Shown: in pieces, positions 1 through 9,515 of the stretch
Layout: every line of letters starts with the position of its first letter
Position numbering within the stretch: position 1 is the first letter of the stretch
DNA from: Candidatus Buchananbacteria bacterium RIFCSPHIGHO2_01_FULL_44_11
GTDB taxonomy: Bacteria > Patescibacteriota > Patescibacteriia > Buchananbacterales > UBA6539
Direction of reading: 5' to 3'
DNA length: 51,536 nt
NCBI GenBank assembly: GCA_001817345.1
Contig: MHIE01000003.1
Coordinates: 29,423 to 80,958, forward strand
The notes under the pieces: generated by a model
Databases searched by the model: none
What the model saw: only the letters and a program-made list of their open reading frames with translations
Told to the model about the DNA's origin: nothing
Translations under genes and position numbers: made by a program

Positions 1-159
1 GGTTACCACATCATTAAAGTTGAAGAATTGCTAACTGATGAAGAAAATCAGACAACCCAAGTTAGAGCCAGCCATATTTTAATCAGGGCTTTAGACTTGG
101 AAACTTATTTGGAAGAATTAAAAAAAGAGTCGAATATTTGGCGACTCATAAAAATATAA
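1..159 (+). CDS. C-terminal part of a parvulin-type peptidyl-prolyl isomerase (PrsA/SurA-like), truncated by the window start
   Basis: Frame 1 reads GYHIIKVEE...QVRASHILIR...WRLIKI-TAA; GYHIIKV and ASHILI are parvulin motifs. Confidence 0.8.
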   Translation, partial: GYHIIKVEELLTDEENQTTQVRASHILIRALDLETYLEELKKESNIWRLIKI

Positions 160-187
160 CCAACTAAGCTACTGTCCGACTGGCCTC

Positions 188-260
188 AGCCACCTCTCGG
201 GCTTGAACCGAGAACCTACGGTTTACGATACCGTTGCTCTACCAATTGAGCTAAGGTGGC
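188..260 (-). tRNA. tRNA-Thr(CGT)
   Basis: Reverse complement GCCACCTTAGCTCAATTGGTAGAGC...; anticodon arm ACGGT-ATCGTAA-ACCGT; T arm CTCGG-TTCAAGC-CCGAG; no encoded CCA. Confidence 0.93.
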
Positions 261-316
261 AAGGTCAGGCGACCGCCGTCGTTATTCTGACCAAAAAAGT
301 GGAAATTTTAGCAAAC

Positions 317-387
317 AGCAGGATACGGGAATCGAACCCGTCTCTCCACCTTGGGAAGGTGGCGTTAAACCGCTTAACTAATCCTGC
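317..387 (-). tRNA. tRNA-Gly(CCC)
   Basis: Acceptor GCAGGAT/ATCCTGC; anticodon arm CCACC-TTCCCAA-GGTGG; T loop TTCGATT. Confidence 0.9.
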
Positions 388-397
388 CCAATTTAAA

Positions 398-498
398 TCC
401 TCGCTGCTAGCAATTATATGATTAGATCATGAAATTGCGTCGCTTGGCTCAAATTAACACAAATGTTAATTTGACTCCTCGCTAGCAATTATAGATTA
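398..498 (-). repeat. Short imperfect direct repeat containing TATAAT on the minus strand, upstream of the tRNA pair
   Basis: TCCTCGC(TGC)TAGCAATTATA(T)GATTA at 398-424 and 476-498. Confidence 0.5.
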
Positions 499-527
499 TT
501 AAAGATAAATTATCAAGCTTTGCCACA

Positions 528-1208
528 ATGATTATTTTCAAAAACATTACAAAATTTTACCCTCCCGATACTTTTGCTTTAAAAAACGCCAGTCTCCACA
601 TTAAGCCAAAAGAATTCGTTTCGATTGTCGGCCGCAGCGGCACCGGAAAAACCACGATGGTCAAAATCATGACGGCTGAAGAATCACCAACCGAGGGTCG
701 GGTAATTATCGGCGGCTGGGACATTACTGAAATTAGAATGAGCGAAGTGCCGGTGCTGCGGCGGCAAATCGGCGTAGTTTTTCAAGACTTTAAGCTACTA
801 GGCAAAAAAACAGTTTTTGAAAATATCGCCTTTGCCCTTCAGACCTGCGGCACCAGCCGGCAAAGGATTATTGATATTGTTCCGCAAGTTTTAAAGATTG
901 TTGGCTTGTCCGGCAAAGAAAATCGCTATCCAGTTCAGCTTTCCGGTGGTGAGCAGCAAAGAGTCGCCATTGCCCGATCACTGGTTCATCGGCCAAAAAT
1001 TCTGATCGCCGATGAGCCGACCGGTAATTTGGACTCGATTAACTCCAAAGAAATTATTGACCTATTGGTTAAAATAAATGAATTCGGGACGACGGTATTA
1101 TTGGTAACCCATAATCGAGAAATTGTCAACGCTTTAAATAAAAGAGTAATTACTCTAGATAACGGCAAAATTATCTCTGACCAAAAAAGAGGTAGGTACC
1201 TGCTATGA
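528..1208 (+). CDS. ftsE: Cell division ABC ATPase FtsE
   Basis: Walker A GRSGTGKT, IGVVFQDFKLL, LSGGEQQRVAIAR, ADEPTGNLD; coupled to ftsX by an ATGA overlap. Confidence 0.95.
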   Translation: MIIFKNITKFYPPDTFALKNASLHIKPKEFVSIVGRSGTGKTTMVKIMTAEESPTEGRVIIGGWDITEIRMSEVPVLRRQIGVVFQDFKLLGKKTVFENIAFALQTCGTSRQRIIDIVPQVLKIVGLSGKENRYPVQLSGGEQQRVAIARSLVHRPKILIADEPTGNLDSINSKEIIDLLVKINEFGTTVLLVTHNREIVNALNKRVITLDNGKIISDQKRGRYLL

Positions 1209-2122
1209 GTTTATCATCAATTTATCAAATCATTGTTTTTGCCGGCCAAAGTTTTTGGCGTAACTTTTGGTTATCAATTGTGACCATCACAATCATTGTT
1301 TTGGCTTTACTTTCCATTAATTGTTTGATTATTTTGAACGTCATTACTGACACGGCGGTCAACATTGTCAAAGAAAAAGTTGATGTCAGTGTCTATTTCC
1401 GGCCAGCCGCAACGGAAAACCAAGTTCTAGAAGTCCAAACCTATCTTTCTTCTTTAACCAAGGTTAAAGAGATTAGCTATATTTCCCAGCAACAAGCACT
1501 GCAAAATTTCAGACAAAAACATCAAAGTGATCCGGTCATTATTCAATCCCTCGAAGAACTTGATAAAAATCCGCTGGGCGCCACCCTAATCGTTAAAGCA
1601 AAAAACATTGAGGATTATCCAGAAATCCTTCAGGTGCTGAATAATTCCAAATATAACGAATTGATTTCGGATAAAAATTTTGATGATAACAAAATTTACA
1701 TCGGCAAAATTAAAAAAGTGTCTGATAATATCAACTGGATCGGACTTTTGGCCTCAAGTATTTTTATCTTTATTGCGGTTTTAATTGTCTTTAACACTAT
1801 TCGAGTCGCTATTTACACTCACCAAAAAGAGATAGCGATAATGAAATTGGTTGGCGCCGCCAACTGGTTTATTCGCAGTCCGTTTTTGGTTGAAAGTATT
1901 TTTTATGGTACTATTGCTTGGTTAATTGCCGTCGGCCTGATCTATCCGTTGCTTAATTTGCTGCAGCCGTTTTTGACCAATTTTTTCTTAACTGACAGCT
2001 TTAACATCATCAGTTACTTCAAAGATAATTTCTGGTCGCTTTTTGGCTTGGAATTATTACTGGTTGTTTTCCTGAATATTGTCAGCAGTAGCGTTGCCAT
2101 CAGACGATACCTTAAAGTTTAA
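1205..2122 (+). CDS. ftsX: Cell division permease FtsX
   Basis: Four-TM topology, NTIRVAIY..EIAIMKLVGA..FIRSPF motif, directly after ftsE. Confidence 0.95.
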   Translation: MSLSSIYQIIVFAGQSFWRNFWLSIVTITIIVLALLSINCLIILNVITDTAVNIVKEKVDVSVYFRPAATENQVLEVQTYLSSLTKVKEISYISQQQALQNFRQKHQSDPVIIQSLEELDKNPLGATLIVKAKNIEDYPEILQVLNNSKYNELISDKNFDDNKIYIGKIKKVSDNINWIGLLASSIFIFIAVLIVFNTIRVAIYTHQKEIAIMKLVGAANWFIRSPFLVESIFYGTIAWLIAVGLIYPLLNLLQPFLTNFFLTDSFNIISYFKDNFWSLFGLELLLVVFLNIVSSSVAIRRYLKV

Positions 2123-2157
2123 TCCACCCTAGCCTAAAAATCATATTTTTGATTGAG

Positions 2158-2186
2158 TTGACAAATTATCAATTTTTGTCTAAATT
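2158..2186 (+). promoter_or_regulatory. Sigma70-type promoter for the tRNA-Gln locus
   Basis: TTGACA-17 bp-TAAATT. Confidence 0.6.
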
Positions 2187-2215
2187 GATTAATCGGCCCG
2201 AATCCCGCCTTGCCC

Positions 2216-2592
2216 TCGAGGATCGTCTAATGACAGGACCCCGCGCTAAAGTCCTAATGATATTGTCTAAATTCAGTGCTCGAAAACGCCTTCGGTTTAC
2301 TTATCAAAATAATTTAATTCTTTCCAAAGACTTAGCGCGGGGCAGGCAGCGGTCGGAGCTTGTCCCGCACCAAAACTCGGGGATCGTCTAATGGTAGGAC
2401 AGCGGCCTTTGGAGCCGTCAATCCTGGTTCGAATCCAGGTCCCCGAGTTTTGGTGCGGGGGGGCAGTCAATCCTGGTTCTCCGCCAACCTAAATTTTTTT
2501 GAGGGCGTGCGCCAGAGGCCAGTCAAAGGCGCTGGCAGGCACATCAGCCTCTGGCTGAGATCCGCCTTTGGTGGAGAATCCATGTCCCCGAG
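2216..2592 (+). pseudogene. Fragmented relic copy of tRNA-Gln, interrupted by three hairpin insertions
   Basis: Collinear pieces matching the intact tRNA at 2216-2239 (21/24), 2348-2359 (TTT deleted), 2466-2479 (14/14), 2576-2592 (16/17). Confidence 0.7.
2377..2447 (+). tRNA. tRNA-Gln(TTG)
   Basis: TCGGGGA/TCCCCGA acceptor; anticodon arm GCGGC-CTTTGGA-GCCGT; T arm CCTGG-TTCGAAT-CCAGG. Confidence 0.93.
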
Positions 2593-2644
2593 GTTAGTGA
2601 GGGATAACCGTTAAATTTAAAGTTTAACCAATATTTAAAGTGAT

Positions 2645-3391
2645 ATGGAAATTTTAAATCTCGTCTGGGATCAGTATCTATACATCCCGCTTTTTAATCT
2701 TCTAATTTGGCTCTACCTAAATTTTTCCTTTTTCAACTTGGGTATAGCCGTGATCATTTTAACGATTATTTTAAGAATCGTTCTTCTGCCCTTGTCTTAC
2801 ATGACTGAGAGGGCAAAAATTGTCCGCCAGCAGCTTGACGATAAAGTCGATGAGATAGCCATTGACTTTGCCAATGACCCGGTGAAAAAAAAGCTGGCGA
2901 TCCGGCGGTACTTAAAAACCAAAAGAATCCATCCCTGGGCTAAAACGCTATCCTTGGTCATCCAGGGCCTGGTCTTAGTCTTACTTTATCAGGTCTTTGT
3001 CGGCGGCATTAACAGCCAGGCCAAGCTGCACCTGCTTTATGCCAGTATGGCCCGGCCGGATTTCATCAACACCAATTTTTTGTGGTTTGATATCAGTAAG
3101 ACCAACCTACTTGCCGCCAGCATCGTTGCCGCCTACATCTTTGGCGAAATTTTAATTGAACAATTTGAGAAAAAAAATAAAGAAAAGCAAAATGCCACCC
3201 GGCGGGAGCTGTTTTACATCCTTTTTTTTCCAGCTGGTGTCTTCCTGACTCTGGCCTTGTTGCCGGCCGTTAAATCCATTTTCATTTTGACATCTTTGAT
3301 GTTTTCAACTATAATATCATTAATAACCTTTTCTATCGTTCGGGCAAAAAAGATAGCTAAACCTCAGGGCGATAAAAAGATGAATCATTAA
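2645..3391 (+). CDS. yidC: YidC/Oxa1 family membrane protein insertase (short form)
   Basis: LYIPLFNLL..NLGIAVIILTIILRIVLLPL motif and FLWFDISK segment; multi-TM. Confidence 0.75.
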   Translation: MEILNLVWDQYLYIPLFNLLIWLYLNFSFFNLGIAVIILTIILRIVLLPLSYMTERAKIVRQQLDDKVDEIAIDFANDPVKKKLAIRRYLKTKRIHPWAKTLSLVIQGLVLVLLYQVFVGGINSQAKLHLLYASMARPDFINTNFLWFDISKTNLLAASIVAAYIFGEILIEQFEKKNKEKQNATRRELFYILFFPAGVFLTLALLPAVKSIFILTSLMFSTIISLITFSIVRAKKIAKPQGDKKMNH

Positions 3392-3407
3392 TTATTCACT
3401 ATTTTAT

Positions 3408-3980
3408 ATGGCAGAAGGCATAGATAAACTAATGTATTCGTTTGTTGTTGATGACGTCCTCAAAGGATTTTTTATCCATGTCCCGCCGGGTTATGTCGCC
3501 TGCGTCTACGATCTGGGTCGGGGAGTGCTAAAAAAAATCTATAAGCCGGGCCTGCATTTAAAGGTCCCTTTCTGGCAAAGAGCGACCTTGTTCAACACCC
3601 AGACCCTGGAATATAACATCAATAAAAAGTTTAACCCGGACAAGCCAGAACTGTTGGGTGATCTACCGATTACCGCCAACACCGAGGAAGGTAAAAAAAT
3701 AGACATTGAAGGAACGATTTTATTACGCCTAGATTCAGAACAAATACCGGAAATTTGGCAAAGCATCGGCGAAAAATTTGTGGAAAAAATTATTCGGCCG
3801 ACGATTCAAAGCCGAGTCCGGATGATTGCCGCTAAATATAATTTTGACGAAGTCAGTAAAACCAAAAGAAATGAAGTGGAAATAGACGCCAGAAAGGAAC
3901 TGGAAAGAATTCTTTATCCTCGCGGTATTTTTGTTGAAAATGTCTTGTTAAGCGAAATTAACCTTAGCCACGTCAAATAG
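3408..3980 (+). CDS. SPFH/Band 7/prohibitin domain protein
   Basis: VPPGYV...PGLHLKVPFWQ, IIRPTIQSRVR, GIFVENVLLSEI. Confidence 0.85.
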   Translation: MAEGIDKLMYSFVVDDVLKGFFIHVPPGYVACVYDLGRGVLKKIYKPGLHLKVPFWQRATLFNTQTLEYNINKKFNPDKPELLGDLPITANTEEGKKIDIEGTILLRLDSEQIPEIWQSIGEKFVEKIIRPTIQSRVRMIAAKYNFDEVSKTKRNEVEIDARKELERILYPRGIFVENVLLSEINLSHVK

Positions 3981-3987
3981 AAAATCA

Positions 3988-4022
3988 GGCTATTCTTGAG
4001 GGCAAAAAAGAATAGCTTTTTT
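3988..4022 (+). terminator. Intrinsic terminator
   Basis: GGCTATTCTT/AAGAATAGCT stem followed by a T run. Confidence 0.6.
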
Positions 4023-4125
4023 GTTTCTAAATTTCCGGTTCTAACCCGCAGAATATCATACACAACCAGACTCTTGCCAAAACTAAAAACCCCTGTTAAA
4101 CTAAGACCATCGTATTATATTAATT

Positions 4126-5817
4126 ATGATTTCCGAGCGTAAAAAACTTAAAATCACCTTTCTTGTCATCGTCATTTTGGCCACCACCTCGACTTTTTTA
4201 GTGGCTTCAGAATTCCTGAGTAGCCAGGGGGTAAAAGTCCCTGGGTTTTTGAATAAGCCATTCAGCCTCGGGCTGGATCTTCAAGGTGGCTCTCACTTAC
4301 TTTACCAAGCCGACTTAAGTCAAATTCCAGCCGAAGACCACCAAAGTTCAATTGACGGCGTTAGAGACGTGATTGAAAAAAGAGTCAATGCTTTTGGTAT
4401 TGCCGAACCGGTAATTCAAACAACTAAAAGCGGGGAGAACTGGCGAGTGATTGTTGAACTAGCCGGAATTTTTAACGTTAATGACGCCATTAAAATGATC
4501 GGCGAAACTCCGCTCTTGGAATTCAAAGAGCCAAATCCCGATCCCCAAACAACCCTCACCGATGAACAAAAACAGCAACTGGCAACCTACAACCAGGAAG
4601 CGGAAACAAAGGCGGAAAACGTTTTAAAAGAAGTATTAAAGCCCGAGGCCGATTTTGCCACCCTGGCTAAAGAAAACAGCACCGATCCGGGCAGTAAGGA
4701 CGCCGGCGGTGACTTGGGCTTTTGGCCGCGCGGTCAGCTCGTGCCGGAATTTGAAAAATCATGTTTTGATGAACTCAAGCCGGGTGAAATAACCCAAAAT
4801 TTGGTTCAAAGTGATTTCGGCTATCACATTATCAAAAAAATAGAAGAACAAGGGGCAGGGGACAGTTACCAAGCCCATTGCGCCCATATTCTGATAGGTA
4901 CAAAAGCTGAAGCCGATTTTATCACCGCCGATCAGCAATGGAGTTACACCGGCCTAACCGGTAAACAACTGAAAAAAGCGAGACTGGAATTTAATCCTAA
5001 CACCCAGGAACCGATCGTCTCTCTTGAGTTCGACCAGGAAGGCAGCGATTTATTTGGCCAAATCACCACCAGAAACATCGGCAAACCAGTGGCGATATTT
5101 CTTGACGGCCAACCCATTAGCGTACCGACAGTTCAGGAAGCGATTACCGCCGGGCAAGCCGTCATCAGCGGCAATTTCAACATCCAGGAGGCTAAAACCT
5201 TGGTTCAACGGTTAAACGCCGGCGCTTTGCCAGTGCCGATTCAACTGATTTCTCAGGAGACCGTCGGCGCTTCCCTAGGCAATAAATCAATTCAAGACAG
5301 TCTGCGGGCCGGTTTATTTGGTTTATTAGCCGTAGCGTTATTCATGATTATCTATTACCGTTTGCCCGGAATCGTTTCAGTCTTTGCCTTGGTTATTTAC
5401 GGTCTTTTAGTTTTAGCGATATTTAAAATAATCTCGGTAACTTTAACTCTGGCCGGGATTGCCGGTTTCATTCTATCTATCGGTATGGCCGTGGACGCCA
5501 ATGTTTTAATTTTTGCCCGGCTGAAAGAAGAGCTAAAAAACGGAAAGATTCTCAGCCTGGCAATTAAAGACGGCTTTAAACGAGCCATGCCTTCAATTGT
5601 CGCCAGTAATGTTTCTTCTTTGATCACCTGTTTAATTTTAATGACTTTTTCAACCAGTATTGTTAAGGGTTTTGCCATCACCCTAAGTGTTGGCATATTG
5701 ATATCGATGTTTTCCGCGGTATTTATTACTCGGGTTTTTCTGGAATTACTTCCAACCAATAAACTGGCGTCGCAGCTATGGCTTTTTGGCGTGAGAAAAA
5801 ATAAAATGACGAATTAA
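4126..5817 (+). CDS. secD: Protein translocase subunit SecD with an inserted parvulin PPIase domain
   Basis: LGLDLQGG, RVNAFGIAEP, LNAGALPVP, SIGMAVDANVLI; inserted DFATLAKENSTDPGS..GGDLG..FGYHIIK. Confidence 0.95.
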   Translation: MISERKKLKITFLVIVILATTSTFLVASEFLSSQGVKVPGFLNKPFSLGLDLQGGSHLLYQADLSQIPAEDHQSSIDGVRDVIEKRVNAFGIAEPVIQTTKSGENWRVIVELAGIFNVNDAIKMIGETPLLEFKEPNPDPQTTLTDEQKQQLATYNQEAETKAENVLKEVLKPEADFATLAKENSTDPGSKDAGGDLGFWPRGQLVPEFEKSCFDELKPGEITQNLVQSDFGYHIIKKIEEQGAGDSYQAHCAHILIGTKAEADFITADQQWSYTGLTGKQLKKARLEFNPNTQEPIVSLEFDQEGSDLFGQITTRNIGKPVAIFLDGQPISVPTVQEAITAGQAVISGNFNIQEAKTLVQRLNAGALPVPIQLISQETVGASLGNKSIQDSLRAGLFGLLAVALFMIIYYRLPGIVSVFALVIYGLLVLAIFKIISVTLTLAGIAGFILSIGMAVDANVLIFARLKEELKNGKILSLAIKDGFKRAMPSIVASNVSSLITCLILMTFSTSIVKGFAITLSVGILISMFSAVFITRVFLELLPTNKLASQLWLFGVRKNKMTN

Positions 5818-5821
5818 ATTT

Positions 5822-6745
5822 ATGATTGCGATTATTAAAATTAGAAAAATCTGGTACACTTTTTCGGCACTGGCGTTTATTGCTGCTATTGTTGCTACTA
5901 TTCTTTGGGGCTTAAATTTCGGCATTGATTTTACCGGCGGCGGGCTGATGGAAGTTTCTTTTACCGAGCAGCGGCCAACTCATCAAGCAGTGACTGATGC
6001 CCTGGTTTCAATCGGCTTGAATAACACGTCAATCCAGCCGGTCGGCGATCAAGGCCTGATTTTAAGGTTTAAAGACGTTGACGAAGAAACCCATCAAAAA
6101 ATTCTCACGACGTTAGAAGAGGCTTTTGATAAAAACACAGACGGCAGTGATCGAGGCACTTTTGAAGAAAAAAAATTCTCCTCCATCGGACCAATCATGG
6201 GTCAGGAGTTAAAAACAAAAACCATCTGGGCTTTAATTCTGGCAAATATTGCCATTATTATTTACGTCGGCCTGGCCTTCAGAAAAGTATCCCGACCAGT
6301 GGCTTCTTGGAAATACGGCGTTATTGCCGTCATCGCTTTAATCCATGACGTTTTCATCACCGTTGGTTTTTTTGCCTTCTTCGGTCATTTTTACGGCATT
6401 GAAATTAATGCCCCATTTATTGCCGCTCTCTTGACGATCTTGGGCTTTTCAGTCCATGACACGATTGTCGTTTTTGACAGAACCAGAGAAAATTTAACCA
6501 AGCAGCACGGAGAAGACTTTGAGGCCATTGTCGAAAAAAGCGTTAATCAGACTATCACCCGGTCAATCAACACTTCCTTGACGGTGTTATTGACTCTTTT
6601 TTCCATTATGATTTTTGGCGGACCAACCATCAGGGATTTTGTTCTGGCCCTAATCATCGGCGTCACTTTCGGCACCTACTCATCCATCTTTGTCGCCAGC
6701 CCGCTTTTGGTTACCTGGGAAAGATTCAGCGCCAAAAAATCATAG
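5822..6745 (+). CDS. secF: Protein translocase subunit SecF
   Basis: LNFGIDFTGG, GFSVHDTIVVFDRTRE, TRSINTS, GTYSSIFVA. Confidence 0.96.
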   Translation: MIAIIKIRKIWYTFSALAFIAAIVATILWGLNFGIDFTGGGLMEVSFTEQRPTHQAVTDALVSIGLNNTSIQPVGDQGLILRFKDVDEETHQKILTTLEEAFDKNTDGSDRGTFEEKKFSSIGPIMGQELKTKTIWALILANIAIIIYVGLAFRKVSRPVASWKYGVIAVIALIHDVFITVGFFAFFGHFYGIEINAPFIAALLTILGFSVHDTIVVFDRTRENLTKQHGEDFEAIVEKSVNQTITRSINTSLTVLLTLFSIMIFGGPTIRDFVLALIIGVTFGTYSSIFVASPLLVTWERFSAKKS

Positions 6746-6907
6746 CTTAAAAATTCAAAGTTAGGGGAAGAATAATTAGTTTACAGCTGACTAATTTTTT
6801 ATTATACCTTAAACGACTTGACTAGTTTTGAATTTTATGCTATATTTAAAAAAGTAAGAATGACTTAAGCTAAAAATAGCTTATTTTAGCAAAATTTAAA
6901 TCATGAT

Positions 6908-8071
6908 ATGGCTAACCAAAATTCAATTTTAGACAAAATAATTCAAAGTAAGCAAATGGAAGAAGCGACTCAGTTCAATCCAACCGAGGTAGTTTCTAAT
7001 CTTCTGAGAAACCTCTCAACAAAAGAAAGGGAGATTATCACCAAGCGCTTTGGCCTTTTTGGCAAACCAAAAGAAACTCTGGAACAAATTGGCAAGCAAT
7101 ACCAGATTACCCGGGAAAGAATCAGGCAAATTGAGGTCGGAACAATCAGAAAAATCAAAGAATTTCCGGAATTTTCAATCCAGATTGAGCCAACCGAGCA
7201 CAACGTTATGCATCTACTGGAAAATTACGGCGGGTTTATGGAAGAAAACCACCTGATTGACGAACTTTTGACCTACCCAGATCCTAACCCGATTAACCGT
7301 CAGGCTTCATTGTTTATTCTCGCTAACCTGCTGAATGACAAGTTGGAAAGGATTAAGTCAGACAACGAAGTTTTAATGGGCTGGAAATTGCCGGCCATCT
7401 CTCTTGATACCGTCAGACAAGCAATCAACGAGTTGGTGAGAATAATTGAGGAACAAAATAAATTGCTGCCGACAGAAAAAATAATCAGCGAGTTTAAGCA
7501 AAAAGATTTTTTCCAAAAAAATCAAGAACAAATCGTCAGCGTTAAGCTGGGCACTAGCCAAGGCAACCTAACCGACGAGGAAATTGATAAAATCGTCTTC
7601 TCCTTTTTGAAAATCAGTTACCATATCAATCAAAACATCCTGGGCGAATGGGGTTTGTCTCATTGGCAAACAGTTTCGCCAAAAAGAATGAGCGATAAGG
7701 CCTACTTAGTCTTGCGAAAAACCGGTAAACCGCTGCATTTCACCGAGATTACCGACTTAATCAATCAAACTCAGTTTGACAAAAAAATGGCTTACCCGGC
7801 CACCATCCACAATGAATTAATTTTAGACGATCGCTACGTTTTAGTCGGTCGCGGCATCTATGGCCTGCAAGAGTGGGGTTACAAGACCGGCACGGTCATT
7901 GACGTTATCATTGACATCTTAAAAAGTTCAGATCAACCGCTGAGTAAAGAAGAAATCGTTAAAAAAGTGCTGGAACAAAGAATTGTCAGAAAAAGTACGA
8001 TTTATTTGGCTCTGACCAACAAAGAAAAAATTAAAAAGCTACCGGACGGTAAATATACCCTGAATCAATAA
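6908..8071 (+). CDS. Sigma70 region-4-like HTH protein with C-terminal winged-helix (HARE-HTH/RpoE-delta-like) domains
   Basis: EREIITKRFGL..TLEQIGKQYQITRERIRQIE; KPLHFTEI..HNELILDDRYVLVGRGIYGL; no sigma region 2 seen. Confidence 0.75.
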   Translation: MANQNSILDKIIQSKQMEEATQFNPTEVVSNLLRNLSTKEREIITKRFGLFGKPKETLEQIGKQYQITRERIRQIEVGTIRKIKEFPEFSIQIEPTEHNVMHLLENYGGFMEENHLIDELLTYPDPNPINRQASLFILANLLNDKLERIKSDNEVLMGWKLPAISLDTVRQAINELVRIIEEQNKLLPTEKIISEFKQKDFFQKNQEQIVSVKLGTSQGNLTDEEIDKIVFSFLKISYHINQNILGEWGLSHWQTVSPKRMSDKAYLVLRKTGKPLHFTEITDLINQTQFDKKMAYPATIHNELILDDRYVLVGRGIYGLQEWGYKTGTVIDVIIDILKSSDQPLSKEEIVKKVLEQRIVRKSTIYLALTNKEKIKKLPDGKYTLNQ

Positions 8072-8142
8072 ATCCGATTCGACTCTTAACTCCGGCGGCC
8101 GATTTTGGCCGTTTGCGAAAAAAATAAAAATAAAAGATTTCT

Positions 8143-9498
8143 ATGGAGATTGTTATTGATTTCCCTAATTTAAACTCAAACCCACTGGTACTGATGTGGT
8201 GGTTTTTTAGAACTATCGGCTGGATTATTCCGGTCTTTTTCTTTGTTTTGGTATTAATTTTTGGCTGGCAGAGCTATATTCGCAACCACTACCGAACCAA
8301 AAGAAAATATATTTTGCTGGCTATTGATGTACCTAAAGACAATGAGCAAACCCCCAAGGCCGCCGAAAATATTTTTAACCATTTAGCTGGCGCCCATCAG
8401 CCGCTGGAATTCCATGACAAATGGTGGACCGGAGAAATACCCAACAGCTTTTCTTTGGAGATTGTCAGCTTAGGCGGGTATATCCAGTTTATAGTCCACT
8501 TAGTGGAAGAATACCGAGATATGGTTGAAGCGATGATTTACGCCCAATACCCGGACGCAGAAATTACCGAGGTGGAAGATTACACAAAAAAATGGAACAT
8601 CAAATTTCCCAACGAAGAATATAAATTCTGGGGTACGGAACTAAAGCTGAGGGCAAGCGAATTTTACCCAATTAGAACCTACACTGAGTTTGAAGACAAA
8701 GTTTCCAAAGAAGCTTACAAAGATTCAATGGCAGCGATGCTAGAATCAATGACTAGAATCGGTCCCGGCGAAGAAATTTGGGTCCAGTTAGTCATTACAC
8801 CGGCCGACAATGATTGGTATGAAGGCAGTGAATCTGTTATTGATAAAATTATTGGCGCCAAAGGCAAAGAGAAGCATAGTTTATTCAAATCAGCCGCTGA
8901 TTTTGTCGGTTATGTCGCTAATTCAGTGATTAGCACCACCGAAGCCAGCAGTAACCACGGCGGCGAAACGCCAAATCAGATGCTTTATCTGACACCTGGA
9001 AAGAAAGATGTGGTCGCGGCAATCGAAAAAAAAACCAGCAAGGTTGGCTACCACACAAAAATCAGGCTGGTTTATATTGCCGAAAAAGACAAATATAAAA
9101 AACGTATTCCTCACGGTGTTTATGGGGCATTTAAGCAGTTTAATACTTACGACCTAAACTCAATCAAGCCGGATTCTAAAACTTTAACCGGCGGGGTTGT
9201 CTTTTTTAAAAAAACCCGGCTGACCTGGCGGAGTAATAAAATGCTTTATCGCTATAAAAGCCGGGGTCACTGGTTGGAGCCGGGCTATTACGGTAAAGTG
9301 TTTAATACCGAAGAGCTAGCCACTCTTTATCATTTTCCAGTGTCGGCGTCAGTCAAAACGCCGTCAGTTCAAAGAACTGAAAGCAAAAAATCTCAGCCAC
9401 CAATCTCTCTACCGACCGAGGAGTTTCGGGTTGAGCCAGTAGATCAGTTTGAATTAAACACGGCCTCTGCCGCGCCACCCGAAGATCTTCCCACTTAA
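8143..9498 (+). CDS. Conserved single-pass membrane protein, partner of the downstream VirD4/HerA-like ATPase
   Basis: N-terminal TM; FSLEIVS, IYAQYPDAEITEVEDY, FNTEELATLYHFP motifs recalled from CPR proteins next to such ATPases. Confidence 0.7.
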   Translation: MEIVIDFPNLNSNPLVLMWWFFRTIGWIIPVFFFVLVLIFGWQSYIRNHYRTKRKYILLAIDVPKDNEQTPKAAENIFNHLAGAHQPLEFHDKWWTGEIPNSFSLEIVSLGGYIQFIVHLVEEYRDMVEAMIYAQYPDAEITEVEDYTKKWNIKFPNEEYKFWGTELKLRASEFYPIRTYTEFEDKVSKEAYKDSMAAMLESMTRIGPGEEIWVQLVITPADNDWYEGSESVIDKIIGAKGKEKHSLFKSAADFVGYVANSVISTTEASSNHGGETPNQMLYLTPGKKDVVAAIEKKTSKVGYHTKIRLVYIAEKDKYKKRIPHGVYGAFKQFNTYDLNSIKPDSKTLTGGVVFFKKTRLTWRSNKMLYRYKSRGHWLEPGYYGKVFNTEELATLYHFPVSASVKTPSVQRTESKKSQPPISLPTEEFRVEPVDQFELNTASAAPPEDLPT

Positions 9499-9515
9499 CC
9501 AAACCAAAAACAAAA

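Noticed and set aside
203-2614. ORFs 203-421, 2149-2391 and 2360-2614
   Set aside because: They overlap tRNA genes and repeats and have no protein-like features
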